64,000 bases of DNA from an uncultured virus (IMG/VR IMGVR_UViG_3300023184_000084) (IMGVR_UViG_3300023184_000084); one strand, 5' to 3'; positions 39,003 through 48,101 are shown, counted from the first letter of the stretch. Made by a program: numbers and translations. Notes: a model not told the origin generated them from the sequence alone.

Positions 39003-39902
39003 TTATGGTGCCGATTGAGTGTACGTATCGATGGTAGTGAACTGAGAGCGACCAAGGGTCTGACTTCCAGTTGTGCCTGTGACGTTTAGTTGCAACACTT
39101 TGTACATCTTATTGAATGTTTCAGCCGCAATCTCAGATGAGACACGGACTGTTATTGCATTTACAAATAGTCTTTTTCCTTGTTCTGTAATATCTCTTTT
39201 AGAAATATCAAGAACATCCAAACGACGAGTTGTTCCAAACACAGTATTTGGTCCTGTATTTAAAACAGCAAATCGTAATGGAATCTTTGAGTAAAGAAGT
39301 TGTGCCAAAATTTGACGGTCATGTCTTGGCTGACGAGAGAAAGAAGTTATTTGATAATCAATGTTTACTGGAATTGGATAGTTTATATCCCAGTTATGCT
39401 CATCAGTATCCCAAGCAGTATTTGTACCAATAACTGATGGGTTAGTTAAATAGGCTGGCTTTACTCTACCTCTCATGGCACGAGAAAAGTCTTCAGAGAT
39501 ATCAATCATATCAATAGTTATATAAGGATAAGACTGCGCTCTGATTTCCTGATCGGGTTGTCCAAACCATACTCCTACTTTTCTAGTAGTTCCTGGAGTA
39601 GCAGTGCCACCTGAAGCAACTCTTGCAATGTTTGCATTTGTTTTTGCATATTTAAATGTAGTAGGAGTTGGAATTAACGTAATGTTGTAGGTGCCATTAA
39701 AGGGCGTTGAAGCACCAGCAATTGTAACTGTGTCTCCAACTTCAAAGCCGTGCTCTGTAGATGTAGTTATTGTAACTACATTGGTAGTAAGCGCTTTGTG
39801 TGTAATAGTTTTTGCCGTTGCAGATGCAGCCTGTTGATCAGTAACGGTCATCTCCTTTAAGAGAGTTCTTAGTGCTTCATCTTCATCTAATAAGAATGTC
39901 AT
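39003..39902 (-). CDS. tail terminator/completion protein with inserted beta domain
   Basis: YPYITID, P.NIDYQIT..R..RHDR; directly upstream of sheath. Confidence 0.7.
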   Translation of the reverse strand: MTFLLDEDEALRTLLKEMTVTDQQAASATAKTITHKALTTNVVTITTSTEHGFEVGDTVTIAGASTPFNGTYNITLIPTPTTFKYAKTNANIARVASGGTATPGTTRKVGVWFGQPDQEIRAQSYPYITIDMIDISEDFSRAMRGRVKPAYLTNPSVIGTNTAWDTDEHNWDINYPIPVNIDYQITSFSRQPRHDRQILAQLLYSKIPLRFAVLNTGPNTVFGTTRRLDVLDISKRDITEQGKRLFVNAITVRVSSEIAAETFNKMYKVLQLNVTGTTGSQTLGRSQFTTIDTYTQSAP

Positions 39903-40219
39903 AGGTAACCATCCAGATGTCTCATAGCACGATTAACTAAAAACTTTTCAGCCTCAGTCTGTCTGTTATTAAATCTACGTATAGCAGCAGTTGGCTGTGT
40001 ATCTGGGGTTCCGTATTCAAGATCTAGGATCTGAACTTTATGGGCTGGGTTTCCATGAACTGTAAAGGATCCATTATCATGGCGAACATGCAGGTGCTTA
40101 ACAATCTTTTCTGGCCAACCAGAAGCACGGGCCTCTGAACGCAAGTGAGCGCCCATGAAGCGTGTAGTTTCTACACTGGCTTTAGTTAGGGATTCTTTGG
40201 CTTTCTTTAGGTAGGTCAC
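39899..40219 (-). CDS. neck/tail completion protein
   Basis: LEYGT....P...R motif; position. Confidence 0.55.
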   Translation of the reverse strand: MTYLKKAKESLTKASVETTRFMGAHLRSEARASGWPEKIVKHLHVRHDNGSFTVHGNPAHKVQILDLEYGTPDTQPTAAIRRFNNRQTEAEKFLVNRAMRHLDGYL

Positions 40220-40422
40220 TTCTTCTTCTTCGCTTTCGCCTTCGCTTTTGCGCCAACGTAGACAGCACCAGCAAGATAGGCTGCGGTTGTACCTGCAAGA
40301 ATCGATGCGATAGCGGGACGTTTTTCTTTGGGGCGGAATCCAAACACACCCCGAATAAACTCTTCACGTTCGCTTTGATTATTCATCTCAGCGACCTGTT
40401 CGTACCAAGGCTTATAAGCCAT
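40216..40422 (-). CDS. small membrane-anchored basic protein
   Basis: Start MAYKPWY; hydrophobic segment then Lys tail. Confidence 0.65.
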   Translation of the reverse strand: MAYKPWYEQVAEMNNQSEREEFIRGVFGFRPKEKRPAIASILAGTTAAYLAGAVYVGAKAKAKAKKKK

Positions 40423-40496
40423 AATAAATAACCCCTTTATCGCAACCTGTGGGACAGTAGTCAGGCACCGCAGCGGTGTTCTGATATAGCAATGAT

Positions 40497-40524
40497 AAAT
40501 GAAAAAGCCACCCGTAGGTGGCTT
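40497..40524 (-). terminator. Rho-independent terminator closing the basic-peptide array
   Basis: AAGCCACC-TACG-GGTGGCTT then TTTCATTT; cUACGg tetraloop. Confidence 0.8.
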
Positions 40525-40529
40525 AGTCA

Positions 40530-40775
40530 TTACTTCTTTTTCTTTTCTCGCTTGTCTTCAGCCTTCTCGCCTTTCTTACCTTCCTTGGCTTCGTGCTTCT
40601 TAGATGCGGATTTAATCTTCTTTATATTAGCAACATCCATCTTGCGGTCATCCTCTTGGGACTTAGGCTTGCGATGCTTCTTATCCATCTTTTCAAACTT
40701 TGACTTTTCTTCCTTGTCCAATCCCTTGGTGGTCTTGGCATCCTGCTTCTTGTCAGAGGCCTTGGTGTACTTCAT
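40530..40775 (-). CDS. Lys-rich charged small protein
   Basis: 81 aa; TAATG coupling. Confidence 0.7.
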   Translation of the reverse strand: MKYTKASDKKQDAKTTKGLDKEEKSKFEKMDKKHRKPKSQEDDRKMDVANIKKIKSASKKHEAKEGKKGEKAEDKREKKKK

Positions 40776-40894
40776 TAAACGATTTTCTTTTTCTTCTTCT
40801 TCTTTAGCGCCTTAAAATCTGCGCCAGTAATTTTATCAGCAGGCTTTGCAGCGTTAGCAATCTTCATCTGCTTAGGGCTTAGTGACTTCTTCAT
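40775..40894 (-). CDS. 39-aa Lys-rich peptide
   Basis: MKKSLSPKQMKIA...KITGADFKALKKKKKKKIV. Confidence 0.7.
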   Translation of the reverse strand: MKKSLSPKQMKIANAAKPADKITGADFKALKKKKKKKIV

Positions 40895-40897
40895 TAG

Positions 40898-40960
40898 TTA
40901 ACCTTTCTGGCAAGTGGAACACTTGCATTTGCAGTTCTTCATGTCGCACTTAAGAGCCAT
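40898..40960 (-). CDS. 20-aa Cys/Lys-rich peptide
   Basis: MALKCDMKNCKCKCSTCQKG; TAATG coupling. Confidence 0.55.
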   Translation of the reverse strand: MALKCDMKNCKCKCSTCQKG

Positions 40961-41079
40961 TACTTTTTGTCCTTCTTCTTCTTGTCTGTCTTCTTTTTAG
41001 CATACTTCTTATTAGCAGCGGCTAGAGTCTTCATGCCATGCTTGTTCTTAGGCTGCATACAGCCACAGGTAGCGCACAT
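40960..41079 (-). CDS. 39-aa MCATCGC peptide
   Basis: MCATCGCMQPKNKHG...KKKKDKK; TAATG coupling on both sides. Confidence 0.7.
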   Translation of the reverse strand: MCATCGCMQPKNKHGMKTLAAANKKYAKKKTDKKKKDKK

Positions 41080-41216
41080 TATTTCTTCTTTGCTTTGCAG
41101 TTCTTGCAAGTACCGCACTTACCGTTAGTACATGCTTTTCCACTAGCCTTTGCCTTTGGACCCTTACCAAATCCTGGCTGACCTTTTTTCTTACCGCATC
41201 CACATGTTGCACACAT
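41079..41216 (-). CDS. 45-aa MCATCGC Cys/Lys-rich peptide
   Basis: MCATCGCGKKKGQPGFGKG...CTNGKCGTCKNCKAKKK; AGGA RBS. Confidence 0.7.
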   Translation of the reverse strand: MCATCGCGKKKGQPGFGKGPKAKASGKACTNGKCGTCKNCKAKKK

Positions 41217-41225
41217 TGGCTTTTC

Positions 41226-41462
41226 CTATCTATGTCTTGCCGTTTTTTTGGCAATTGATTTTGGTTGTTTTACAAACTGCTTCCCCTTGCTATTGCCTTC
41301 TGCTTTAGCACGGTTAGTAGCAGCCTTTTCTGAAGGAGTAAGAGTATCCCACGCTTTGTCTGGTAGGTAACGCTTTTTGCCTTTAGATTCTTTGCCATCT
41401 GAAGTGCGCCATTTTTCATTGCCCCACTTCTTCAGGGATTGTTGAGATTTTGCAAGAGCCAT
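41226..41462 (-). CDS. basic conserved phage protein (DUF5872-like)
   Basis: QQSLKKW..EKWRT...RYLP..AW..L. Confidence 0.7.
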   Translation of the reverse strand: MALAKSQQSLKKWGNEKWRTSDGKESKGKKRYLPDKAWDTLTPSEKAATNRAKAEGNSKGKQFVKQPKSIAKKTARHR

Positions 41463-41463
41463 C

Positions 41464-41658
41464 TTAGTTCTTATAACCTCCGCCTGCCTTCTTATACTCA
41501 GCAGCAAGAAGTTGAGCCTTACGAGCAGACCACTCTCCAGGATCTCCGCCCTTAGTTCCAGCCTTTATCTTTTTAAATAAACTCTTACGCATTCCAGGCT
41601 TGGTGTAATTACCTGCCTCATTTACTTTTGACTTTGGTTTTGCTGCTTTTTTTGGCAC
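41464..41658 (-). CDS. basic conserved phage protein (DUF5872-like)
   Basis: NYTKP..R...WSARKAQLLA..YKKAGGGY; GTG start with GAGGAG RBS. Confidence 0.75.
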   Translation of the reverse strand: MPKKAAKPKSKVNEAGNYTKPGMRKSLFKKIKAGTKGGDPGEWSARKAQLLAAEYKKAGGGYKN

Positions 41659-41752
41659 TCTTAACTCCTCCACTCTTTGGTACACAGTTAGGAACTCTCT
41701 TACCATTCTTCATCTTAAAACCTTTTTGAACGTAACCTTCCCAACAAGCCAC
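41618..41752 (-). CDS. 44-aa basic peptide (not in ORF track)
   Basis: MACWEGYVQKGFKMKNGKRVPNCVPK...; CWxGY...VPNCVP motif. Confidence 0.7.
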   Translation of the reverse strand: MACWEGYVQKGFKMKNGKRVPNCVPKSGGVKSAKKSSKTKVKSK

Positions 41753-42012
41753 TAGCAATCCCACTTTCTTAATGCTAGTGCTTTACGAGTTGGTTTGCCA
41801 TTCTTTTCCATAGGTCCTGGCATTCCACCCATCCTTGCACAGAATGATTTACGACGGGCTGCAGACTTCTTAGATTTCTTTGCTTGTTTAGCAGATACTG
41901 GAGGCTTTAATGTTCCACCAGTCTCACGTTTATATGATGCACGACCTTTGGCATTTAATCCACCCTCTGGATTTTTACCTTCTTTGCGTTGCCACGCTGC
42001 TGTCTTTGCCAT
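41752..42012 (-). CDS. basic conserved phage protein (DUF6321-like)
   Basis: WQRKEGKNP.GGLN.KGR...RRKSFCARM.G...L.KW.C. Confidence 0.8.
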   Translation of the reverse strand: MAKTAAWQRKEGKNPEGGLNAKGRASYKRETGGTLKPPVSAKQAKKSKKSAARRKSFCARMGGMPGPMEKNGKPTRKALALRKWDC

Positions 42013-42263
42013 TATCTTCCCTGACTTCTATGAGGATTACTCTTGTGCCAACTCTTTACAGCCTTGACACCTTGCTTAACAGTCTTTGATCCGCCCATTT
42101 TTGTGAGATTGATTTTATCCCACTTACCTTGATTGGTATTGGTGTGCTCAACAACCACATCACCCTTTTTATTTTTAGAAACTTTATGAACTACCTTGGC
42201 TTTTTTATTAGGAACACCAATAGCAAGAGTTACTGGCTTTTCTGGCTTCTTCTTATCAGCCAT
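42012..42263 (-). CDS. basic small protein
   Basis: 83 aa Lys-rich, coupled. Confidence 0.7.
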   Translation of the reverse strand: MADKKKPEKPVTLAIGVPNKKAKVVHKVSKNKKGDVVVEHTNTNQGKWDKINLTKMGGSKTVKQGVKAVKSWHKSNPHRSQGR

Positions 42264-42445
42264 TAAGCCACCGACTTCTTATGCTTATAACGAATTGGGG
42301 CTTTAGGCTTTCTCACTATGCCGCCCTTCTTTCTCTTTAATCTGGCACCGCCAGCCTCGTACTTACTCTCAGTAACATTTGTTTGAATATTTTTCTGTGG
42401 CTGTTTACCAGCCCTTGCTCCGATGTTCCTGCGCCGTCTTGCCAT
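42263..42445 (-). CDS. Arg/Lys-rich small protein
   Basis: 60 aa, coupled. Confidence 0.7.
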   Translation of the reverse strand: MARRRRNIGARAGKQPQKNIQTNVTESKYEAGGARLKRKKGGIVRKPKAPIRYKHKKSVA

Positions 42446-42627
42446 TACTTACTCTTTTTCTTCTTTGACATTCCCGCTTCGCTCATTGCAATAGCAACAG
42501 CCTGCTTCTTTGATTTAACAACTGGGCCTTTACCAGGACCCTTCTTACCTGAGTGCAACTTTCCTTCTTTGTATTCTTTCATAACCTTTTCAACTTTGCC
42601 TTTTGATTTTTTAGTTGCCATCATCAT
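42445..42627 (-). CDS. basic small protein (DUF6496-like)
   Basis: KV.KVM.E.K.G.LHSG...V...KQA.AIA.SEA. Confidence 0.8.
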   Translation of the reverse strand: MMMATKKSKGKVEKVMKEYKEGKLHSGKKGPGKGPVVKSKKQAVAIAMSEAGMSKKKKSK

Positions 42628-42706
42628 CCTCTTCTACTTGGTCATCTAATTCTACCGCATCAAACTCAAAAAGAGAGGGGTCTAATAACTCCTCAAAATT
42701 TCCCAA
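42611..42706 (-). CDS. 31-aa acidic peptide
   Basis: TTG start; MGNFEELLDPSLFEFDAVELDDQVEEDDDGN fills the gap. Confidence 0.4.
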   Translation of the reverse strand: MGNFEELLDPSLFEFDAVELDDQVEEDDDGN

Positions 42707-42708
42707 GG

Positions 42709-43242
42709 CTAGTTTGCGTATGCTTGGAACTGAGGATCATTTACTAACTCCTCTGAGTTGACTAGGTTGCAGTCTATAGTTACTACTGAATAACGTTCGG
42801 CGTATCTTCCACGAGGTAAGACTCTGGTAGGAACAAATACTGCATCTTGGAATACGACACGATCCTTAATGTGTTGGTTTGGATCGGTGACCATTGCAGG
42901 GAGTAATCTATTTATATCTGCTACAGAAACAACGAGGCGCAGAGTATCTACTACGTAGAATCCTCGTTCATTCATTATGTTTGTACCACGCATTAACTGC
43001 GCTAAAATTACTGGCAGATCAAATGGGTCATTCCATCTGCGGCCCTTAGTAGGATCTTGATTTGATACATCATAAATTGGATCTACATAATTTGCGTAGT
43101 CTGCAGCAAGTGCTGCATCATCCCAACTCCACCAATCAACAATAGTTCCAACAGGATCACGGAGTTCATCAACCATGCCCTCATCCATAGAGAGGGTTTC
43201 AAAACCTATCTTAAATCGTCCCTGAACTTTTGAACCACGCAT
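42709..43242 (-). CDS. probable head closure/neck protein
   Basis: 177 aa, beta-rich; position between adaptor block and neck/tail genes. Confidence 0.5.
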   Translation of the reverse strand: MRGSKVQGRFKIGFETLSMDEGMVDELRDPVGTIVDWWSWDDAALAADYANYVDPIYDVSNQDPTKGRRWNDPFDLPVILAQLMRGTNIMNERGFYVVDTLRLVVSVADINRLLPAMVTDPNQHIKDRVVFQDAVFVPTRVLPRGRYAERYSVVTIDCNLVNSEELVNDPQFQAYAN

Positions 43243-43280
43243 GAGGTTGATTATCCCCTATCAATTCTGAGAAAAAAGTA

Positions 43281-43622
43281 TTAAGGGGCGACTTCTTCCC
43301 AAGATAGAGTTTCTTCATCCCAAGTATAAATCTTGTTATCATCAGGATAAGCAACTGGTGCATTCCAAAATGAACCTGAACGAATCCATGATGGGAATGG
43401 TTGTGGTGCTATAAAAATATCTTCTTCTTCATCATATGAGTAACCAATACCAGCGTATGCACCTCTAATTTTTGAATTGTAACTAGTACGTTTGCAGGGT
43501 TGACCTCTAAAGTTTCCATACCAAGTTTCTGGATCTAATCCTTCAATAAGTTCTGTTTCATCAATACCAACAATGACTTCAGTAACGATATTATTTTCAT
43601 CTAAAAATGCGTAATGTGCCAT
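43281..43622 (-). CDS. small fibre-associated protein (MAHYA type), copy 1
   Basis: MAHYA...TSYN...RG.YAGIG..YD...D.FI.P.P..SW. Confidence 0.8.
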   Translation of the reverse strand: MAHYAFLDENNIVTEVIVGIDETELIEGLDPETWYGNFRGQPCKRTSYNSKIRGAYAGIGYSYDEEEDIFIAPQPFPSWIRSGSFWNAPVAYPDDNKIYTWDEETLSWEEVAP

Positions 43623-43726
43623 TATACCCAACTCACATTTCCTGTGCCTGCTGTAATTGTGGTTCGTTTGTAACCACCACTTGCTGCACTTGTAGAGCCT
43701 GTTAAACCTGCACCAATTGTAATTGT
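43357..43726. repeat. 370-bp direct repeat, copy 1
   Basis: Matches 45134-45503 with 5 mismatches by manual alignment. Confidence 0.92.
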
Positions 43727-45064
43727 ATAATTGTCTGGGTATCTTAAAATAACTACACCTGAACCACCAGCACCACCTGTTCCAATGCCATATTTTCCAC
43801 CGCCACCACCACCTGTATTTGCAGTGCCAGCAACAGGCGAAGCGCCACCACCACCACCGCCGCCGTTACCACCAGCACCACCAGTACCAGCACCTGCGCC
43901 ACCTCCACCAGCGTATGTAACAGATGAACCAGAAATAGATGTTGCCACACCTGAACCACCAGCACCTCCTATACTATCAGAACCATCATTACCAATAGCA
44001 CCTGCACCACCACCACCACCTGGGCCGTTTCTAGTAAGATTCCAACCCTTACCTCCGTTATAACCTTGATTTGCTGTTCCTGTTCCTGGAACACCACCAC
44101 TACTATTTAGATAAGGTGTGCCACCACCTGAACCACCGTTACCACCAGAATTAAAACCACCAAATCCACCACCAGTTGATGTAATAGTAGAGAATACTGA
44201 GTTGTTTCCTTGAACTCCTGCTCGTGATGCGCTAGTTCCAGCACTACCACCAGCACCAACTGTTACTGTGTAATTTGTGCTTGGAGTAAGTGTTAAGGCA
44301 GTTTCTACAGTTCCACCACCACCAGTAGCAGTAACGGTTGAACGAAGTCCACCTGCTCCACCTCCACCTGCTCCATCTCCACTACTATCAGAACCTGCTC
44401 CACCGCCACCACCAGCAACTACAAGGTAATCAACAGTTAATAGTGGATTAGGAGTTACAGAGTTACTTGAACTAGATGCAGAGGAAGTTCCGTTAGCATT
44501 TGTTGCTGTTAAGGTAAACGTATAGGCTGTAGAACCAGCAAAACTTCCAGTGACAGTAACAGGCGATGTTGTACCTGTTGTTGTTAATGAGATTGATGGC
44601 GAAGAGGTTGCTGTAATGGCGCTAATTGTTTTACCGCCAGTATTAATAGTATATGGAATAGTTACGCTTGTAGAACTAACAACAGTAGGAGTAGCAGTAA
44701 TTACTGGGGCTTGTGGAACTGTGGTTGCTGTTACTGAGGTTGATGCTGAAGAAGAAACACTATTTCCGCCACTATTTGTTGCATAGGCTGTAAATGTATA
44801 TGCAGTCTGACTATTTAATCCTGTAACTGTTAAGGGCGAACTTGCACCTGTTGCAGTAAGTGAACCAGGTGTAGATGTAACTGTGTAAGAAGTTGGCGCC
44901 CAATAAGATGTATCTCCAGTAAAGGCAACACTAATAGCACCATTATTATAGGCACGAGAAGTACCTACATCAGTACCTACTACTGATGATGGTGGGTTTG
45001 GAAGGTCAGGTATCTTGCCTGTGGTGCCGTCTACCGACTCTTCATTAGCATTGCGGATACTCAT
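43622..45064 (-). CDS. FN3 + glycine-rich fibre/adhesin protein
   Basis: Two FN3-like repeats, then VDYLVVAGGGGG...GGSGVVILRY. Confidence 0.85.
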   Translation of the reverse strand: MSIRNANEESVDGTTGKIPDLPNPPSSVVGTDVGTSRAYNNGAISVAFTGDTSYWAPTSYTVTSTPGSLTATGASSPLTVTGLNSQTAYTFTAYATNSGGNSVSSSASTSVTATTVPQAPVITATPTVVSSTSVTIPYTINTGGKTISAITATSSPSISLTTTGTTSPVTVTGSFAGSTAYTFTLTATNANGTSSASSSSNSVTPNPLLTVDYLVVAGGGGGAGSDSSGDGAGGGGAGGLRSTVTATGGGGTVETALTLTPSTNYTVTVGAGGSAGTSASRAGVQGNNSVFSTITSTGGGFGGFNSGGNGGSGGGTPYLNSSGGVPGTGTANQGYNGGKGWNLTRNGPGGGGGAGAIGNDGSDSIGGAGGSGVATSISGSSVTYAGGGGAGAGTGGAGGNGGGGGGGASPVAGTANTGGGGGGKYGIGTGGAGGSGVVILRYPDNYTITIGAGLTGSTSAASGGYKRTTITAGTGNVSWV

Positions 45065-45399
45065 TTAACTTCTTCCCATTTTAATTTAGATTCATTCCAA
45101 ATATAAATTTTATCATCTGTTGGCATAGGGGTAGGTGCATTCCAGAATGAACCTGAACGAATCCATGATGGGAATGGTTGTGGTGCTATAAAAATATCTT
45201 CTTCTTCATCATATGAGTAACCAATACCAGCGTATGCACCTCTAATTTTTGAATTGTAACTAGTACGTTTGCAGGGTTGACCTCTAAAGTTTCCATACCA
45301 AGTTTCTGGATCTAATCCTTCAATAAGTTCTGTTTCATCAATACCAACAATGACTTCAGTAACGATATTGTTTTCATCTAAAAATGCGTAATGTGCCAT
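45061..45399 (-). CDS. small fibre-associated protein (MAHYA type), copy 2
   Basis: Identical to copy 1 except C-terminus. Confidence 0.8.
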   Translation of the reverse strand: MAHYAFLDENNIVTEVIVGIDETELIEGLDPETWYGNFRGQPCKRTSYNSKIRGAYAGIGYSYDEEEDIFIAPQPFPSWIRSGSFWNAPTPMPTDDKIYIWNESKLKWEEVK

Positions 45400-45503
45400 T
45401 ATGCCCAACTCACATTTCCTGTGCCTGCGGTAATTGTGGTTCGTTTATAACCACCACTTGCTGCACTTGTAGAGCCTGTTAAACCTGCACCAATTGTAAT
45501 TGT
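45134..45503. repeat. 370-bp direct repeat, copy 2
   Basis: Offset 1777 bp from copy 1. Confidence 0.92.
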
Positions 45504-46874
45504 TTTTGTATCAGGATAACGAAGAATAATAATTCCTGAACCACCTGCTCCTATGGTTTGACCTGATCTGGCTGCACCCCCACCTCCACCTGTGTTAGCG
45601 TCTCCACTTGTTGCCAATACTCCACCAGAATTACCACTAGAACCTCTACCACCACCTCCAGAACCTCCTGGACCTGAAGCGCTGCTTATTGCGTGACTTG
45701 ACGCAGCACAACCACCACCTCCGCCAGCGTAAGTAACAGATGTTCCTGAAATTGATGAGGCTAGGCCATTACCACCGCTGCCACCATCGAATCCACCGCC
45801 TCCGCCTTCTTGCCCAGCGCCTCCGCCGCCGCCGCCTGCACCTCCGCCATTACCGCCGCCGTTTCCACCTGGACCACCTCTATAACCTTGACCAGAAATT
45901 CCAAGGGCTACTGATTGTGTATCAGAACCACAACCACCTGCAGAGCCACCGACTGAGATAACGGAGGTATTTTGCCCAGAATTACCACCCCTACCACCAC
46001 CAGTAGAAGTTATAGTTGAAAAAACAGAATTAGAGCCCGATGTTTGTGCAGCACCACCAGCACCAAGTGTTACTGCGTAATTTGTGCCTGGAGATAATGA
46101 TAAAGCAGATTCCAAAGTACCACTGCCGCTACCTCCATCACCAGTACCGCCTGTATTAGTTACGGTAGAACGCATACCTCCAGCACCACCTCCGCCATTT
46201 CCATTGGAACTACTAGTTCCGCCACCTCCGCCGCCTCCAGCAACTACTAGATAGTCAACTGTAAATGTTTGAAGAGGAGTTACAGAAGTAGACGCACTAG
46301 ATGCACTTGATGTTCCATTGGCATTTGTTGCGGTAAGAGTAAAGGTATAAGCAGTATTAGCAGCAAAACTTCCAGTGACAGTTAATGGACTAGTTGTTCC
46401 AGTAGTAGTTAATGCAATAGAGGGTGATGAAGTAGCGGTATAAGAGGTAATAGAAGAACCGCCAGTAGCACCAGCGGTAAATGCTAGTGAAACTGTAGTT
46501 GAATTAGTAGCAGTTGGAGTACCAATAGTTGGCGCTTGAGGAACTGTTGTTGCTGTAAAAGAAGTGGATGTAGTAGCAGTACCAGTAGCACTAACATTGG
46601 ATGGAGTTACTGTTGCTGTGTAAGAGGTAGCACTTGATAGGCCCGTAATTGTTACTGGACTTGATGTTGCTGTTGTAGTAGTTGTTGTAGGAGTAGTTGT
46701 GATTGAATAAGAAGAAGGAAGTCCACCAGTAGGGTTAGTAATAGTTAATGTGGCTGCGCCATTATTATAGGCACGAGAAGTACCTACGTTAGTTGCAGAT
46801 ACTGTTGGTGCATCAGGGACATCAGGAATACTATTGGCTAGGTTACTAACGCCACGAGTCTTCTTATCTGGCAC
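45399..46874 (-). CDS. FN3 + glycine-rich fibre/adhesin protein (paralog)
   Basis: Same architecture as 43622-45064. Confidence 0.85.
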   Translation of the reverse strand: MPDKKTRGVSNLANSIPDVPDAPTVSATNVGTSRAYNNGAATLTITNPTGGLPSSYSITTTPTTTTTTATSSPVTITGLSSATSYTATVTPSNVSATGTATTSTSFTATTVPQAPTIGTPTATNSTTVSLAFTAGATGGSSITSYTATSSPSIALTTTGTTSPLTVTGSFAANTAYTFTLTATNANGTSSASSASTSVTPLQTFTVDYLVVAGGGGGGGTSSSNGNGGGGAGGMRSTVTNTGGTGDGGSGSGTLESALSLSPGTNYAVTLGAGGAAQTSGSNSVFSTITSTGGGRGGNSGQNTSVISVGGSAGGCGSDTQSVALGISGQGYRGGPGGNGGGNGGGAGGGGGGAGQEGGGGGFDGGSGGNGLASSISGTSVTYAGGGGGCAASSHAISSASGPGGSGGGGRGSSGNSGGVLATSGDANTGGGGGAARSGQTIGAGGSGIIILRYPDTKTITIGAGLTGSTSAASGGYKRTTITAGTGNVSWA

Positions 46875-46924
46875 TAGTTAATCTCCTTAATAGTTATTAA
46901 TATTTGTAGAACAATCCCTCAAGA

Positions 46925-47146
46925 TTATGCTAAAAGTAGTTTTGCCTCGTCAGCGGTTATGCCTAAGCGCTCCAATAATTCAGCCTTAGCCTGAGCATCC
47001 TCATCTGCTTTTGCTTGCTTTATTGCTTTTGCTTCCGCAAATGCAGCAACCTCAGCATCTCTTTCGGCTTGCTCATCATTAGTCATTTCTCTAACAATAA
47101 TTTCATCATTTGACACATTGTGTTGAATAATTTTATCGTTGGGCAT
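46925..47146 (-). CDS. small fibre chaperone-like protein
   Basis: REMT..E...LLERLGIT.DEA.LLL. Confidence 0.65.
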   Translation of the reverse strand: MPNDKIIQHNVSNDEIIVREMTNDEQAERDAEVAAFAEAKAIKQAKADEDAQAKAELLERLGITADEAKLLLA

Positions 47147-47164
47147 TATTATTTTTACCTTTCA

Positions 47165-47839
47165 CTATTGTTGTAATCCATAAACTTCATAACGGCCTGT
47201 AATATTTCCTGAACTAGATAAGAGTCTAAAACCATCATAATTTTCACCATTAGCAACACACCCACCAGTAAGAATAATTTGAGCAGGAGTATCGGCGCTT
47301 GGACCTGAACCAGTAGCACTAAAAAATATAGACCTACCATTATATAACCATCGAACTAAATTAACAGTTAAATAAGTAAATTCAGTATCACTACTTCCCA
47401 TATGATTACTTAGTAACCATTGACCAGCATTATCTGAGTTCATTGCGGTTGGACTTGCATCATTTCTGTCCTGCCGCATACCACCAGCACTATACTGACT
47501 TGTTTGTGTAGTGCCGCCGTATCTAAATCTCCAATAGAAATCCTCAGTAGCCTGATAATTACTATAAGCCCAAATTTTAATTACATAACTATAATATGTT
47601 GTTGTTAAGCAACTATCAATATCCACAGTTGCAACATCGTCAAAACGTCCACTTGTTATTTTAGTCATTGCACCGCTTGATGCAGTAGCCCAAACAGGCA
47701 CACCACCAGTTACTTTAAGCACTTGATCAGTTGAACCAATACCTAATCTAGCAGGGGTATTAGCAGCAGATGCATAGTAAATATCACCTGTAGTTGTTAA
47801 GATGCCATCTATATTGGCAACATCTCTTGCTCTTGTCAT
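47165..47839 (-). CDS. fibre protein
   Basis: MTRARDVA, GDI.YAS....PARL.IG...QVL.V.GG.P.W, C-terminal beta domain ending VYG. Confidence 0.75.
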   Translation of the reverse strand: MTRARDVANIDGILTTTGDIYYASAANTPARLGIGSTDQVLKVTGGVPVWATASSGAMTKITSGRFDDVATVDIDSCLTTTYYSYVIKIWAYSNYQATEDFYWRFRYGGTTQTSQYSAGGMRQDRNDASPTAMNSDNAGQWLLSNHMGSSDTEFTYLTVNLVRWLYNGRSIFFSATGSGPSADTPAQIILTGGCVANGENYDGFRLLSSSGNITGRYEVYGLQQ

Positions 47840-48099
47840 TAGTTAGTTACCTCTTCTGTAGTTACTGGAAAAATAAACTCATCTAATTCTGGGTCGTAAA
47901 TCATTCCTGGGGCAGGGTATCTTCCTCTAAAAGTACCGTTATAAGAACATTGTTTCCAATTTCCATCTAAACCAATTGAGGCAATAAATGCTTGACCAAT
48001 TGCTTCGGACTCATTTCCATTTGCATCTAAAATATCTTCATTGCGAACAACAATAATTTGTCCACAAACATTACCATTCATCTTTACAAAATGAGCCAT
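47839..48099 (-). CDS. small fibre-associated protein (MAHF type), third paralog
   Basis: MAHF...WKQCSYN..FRG.Y...G..YD...D.FI. Confidence 0.75.
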   Translation of the reverse strand: MAHFVKMNGNVCGQIIVVRNEDILDANGNESEAIGQAFIASIGLDGNWKQCSYNGTFRGRYPAPGMIYDPELDEFIFPVTTEEVTN

Positions 48100-48101
48100 G
48101 A

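Noticed and set aside
41048..41254. 68-aa minus-strand ORF from the track
   Set aside because: Overlaps the better supported MCATCGC ORFs, which have an RBS and TAATG coupling
43357..45503. Diversity-generating retroelement TR/VR pair
   Set aside because: Mismatches are mostly C/T on the coding strand rather than adenine-specific, both copies are coding, and no reverse transcriptase is in the window
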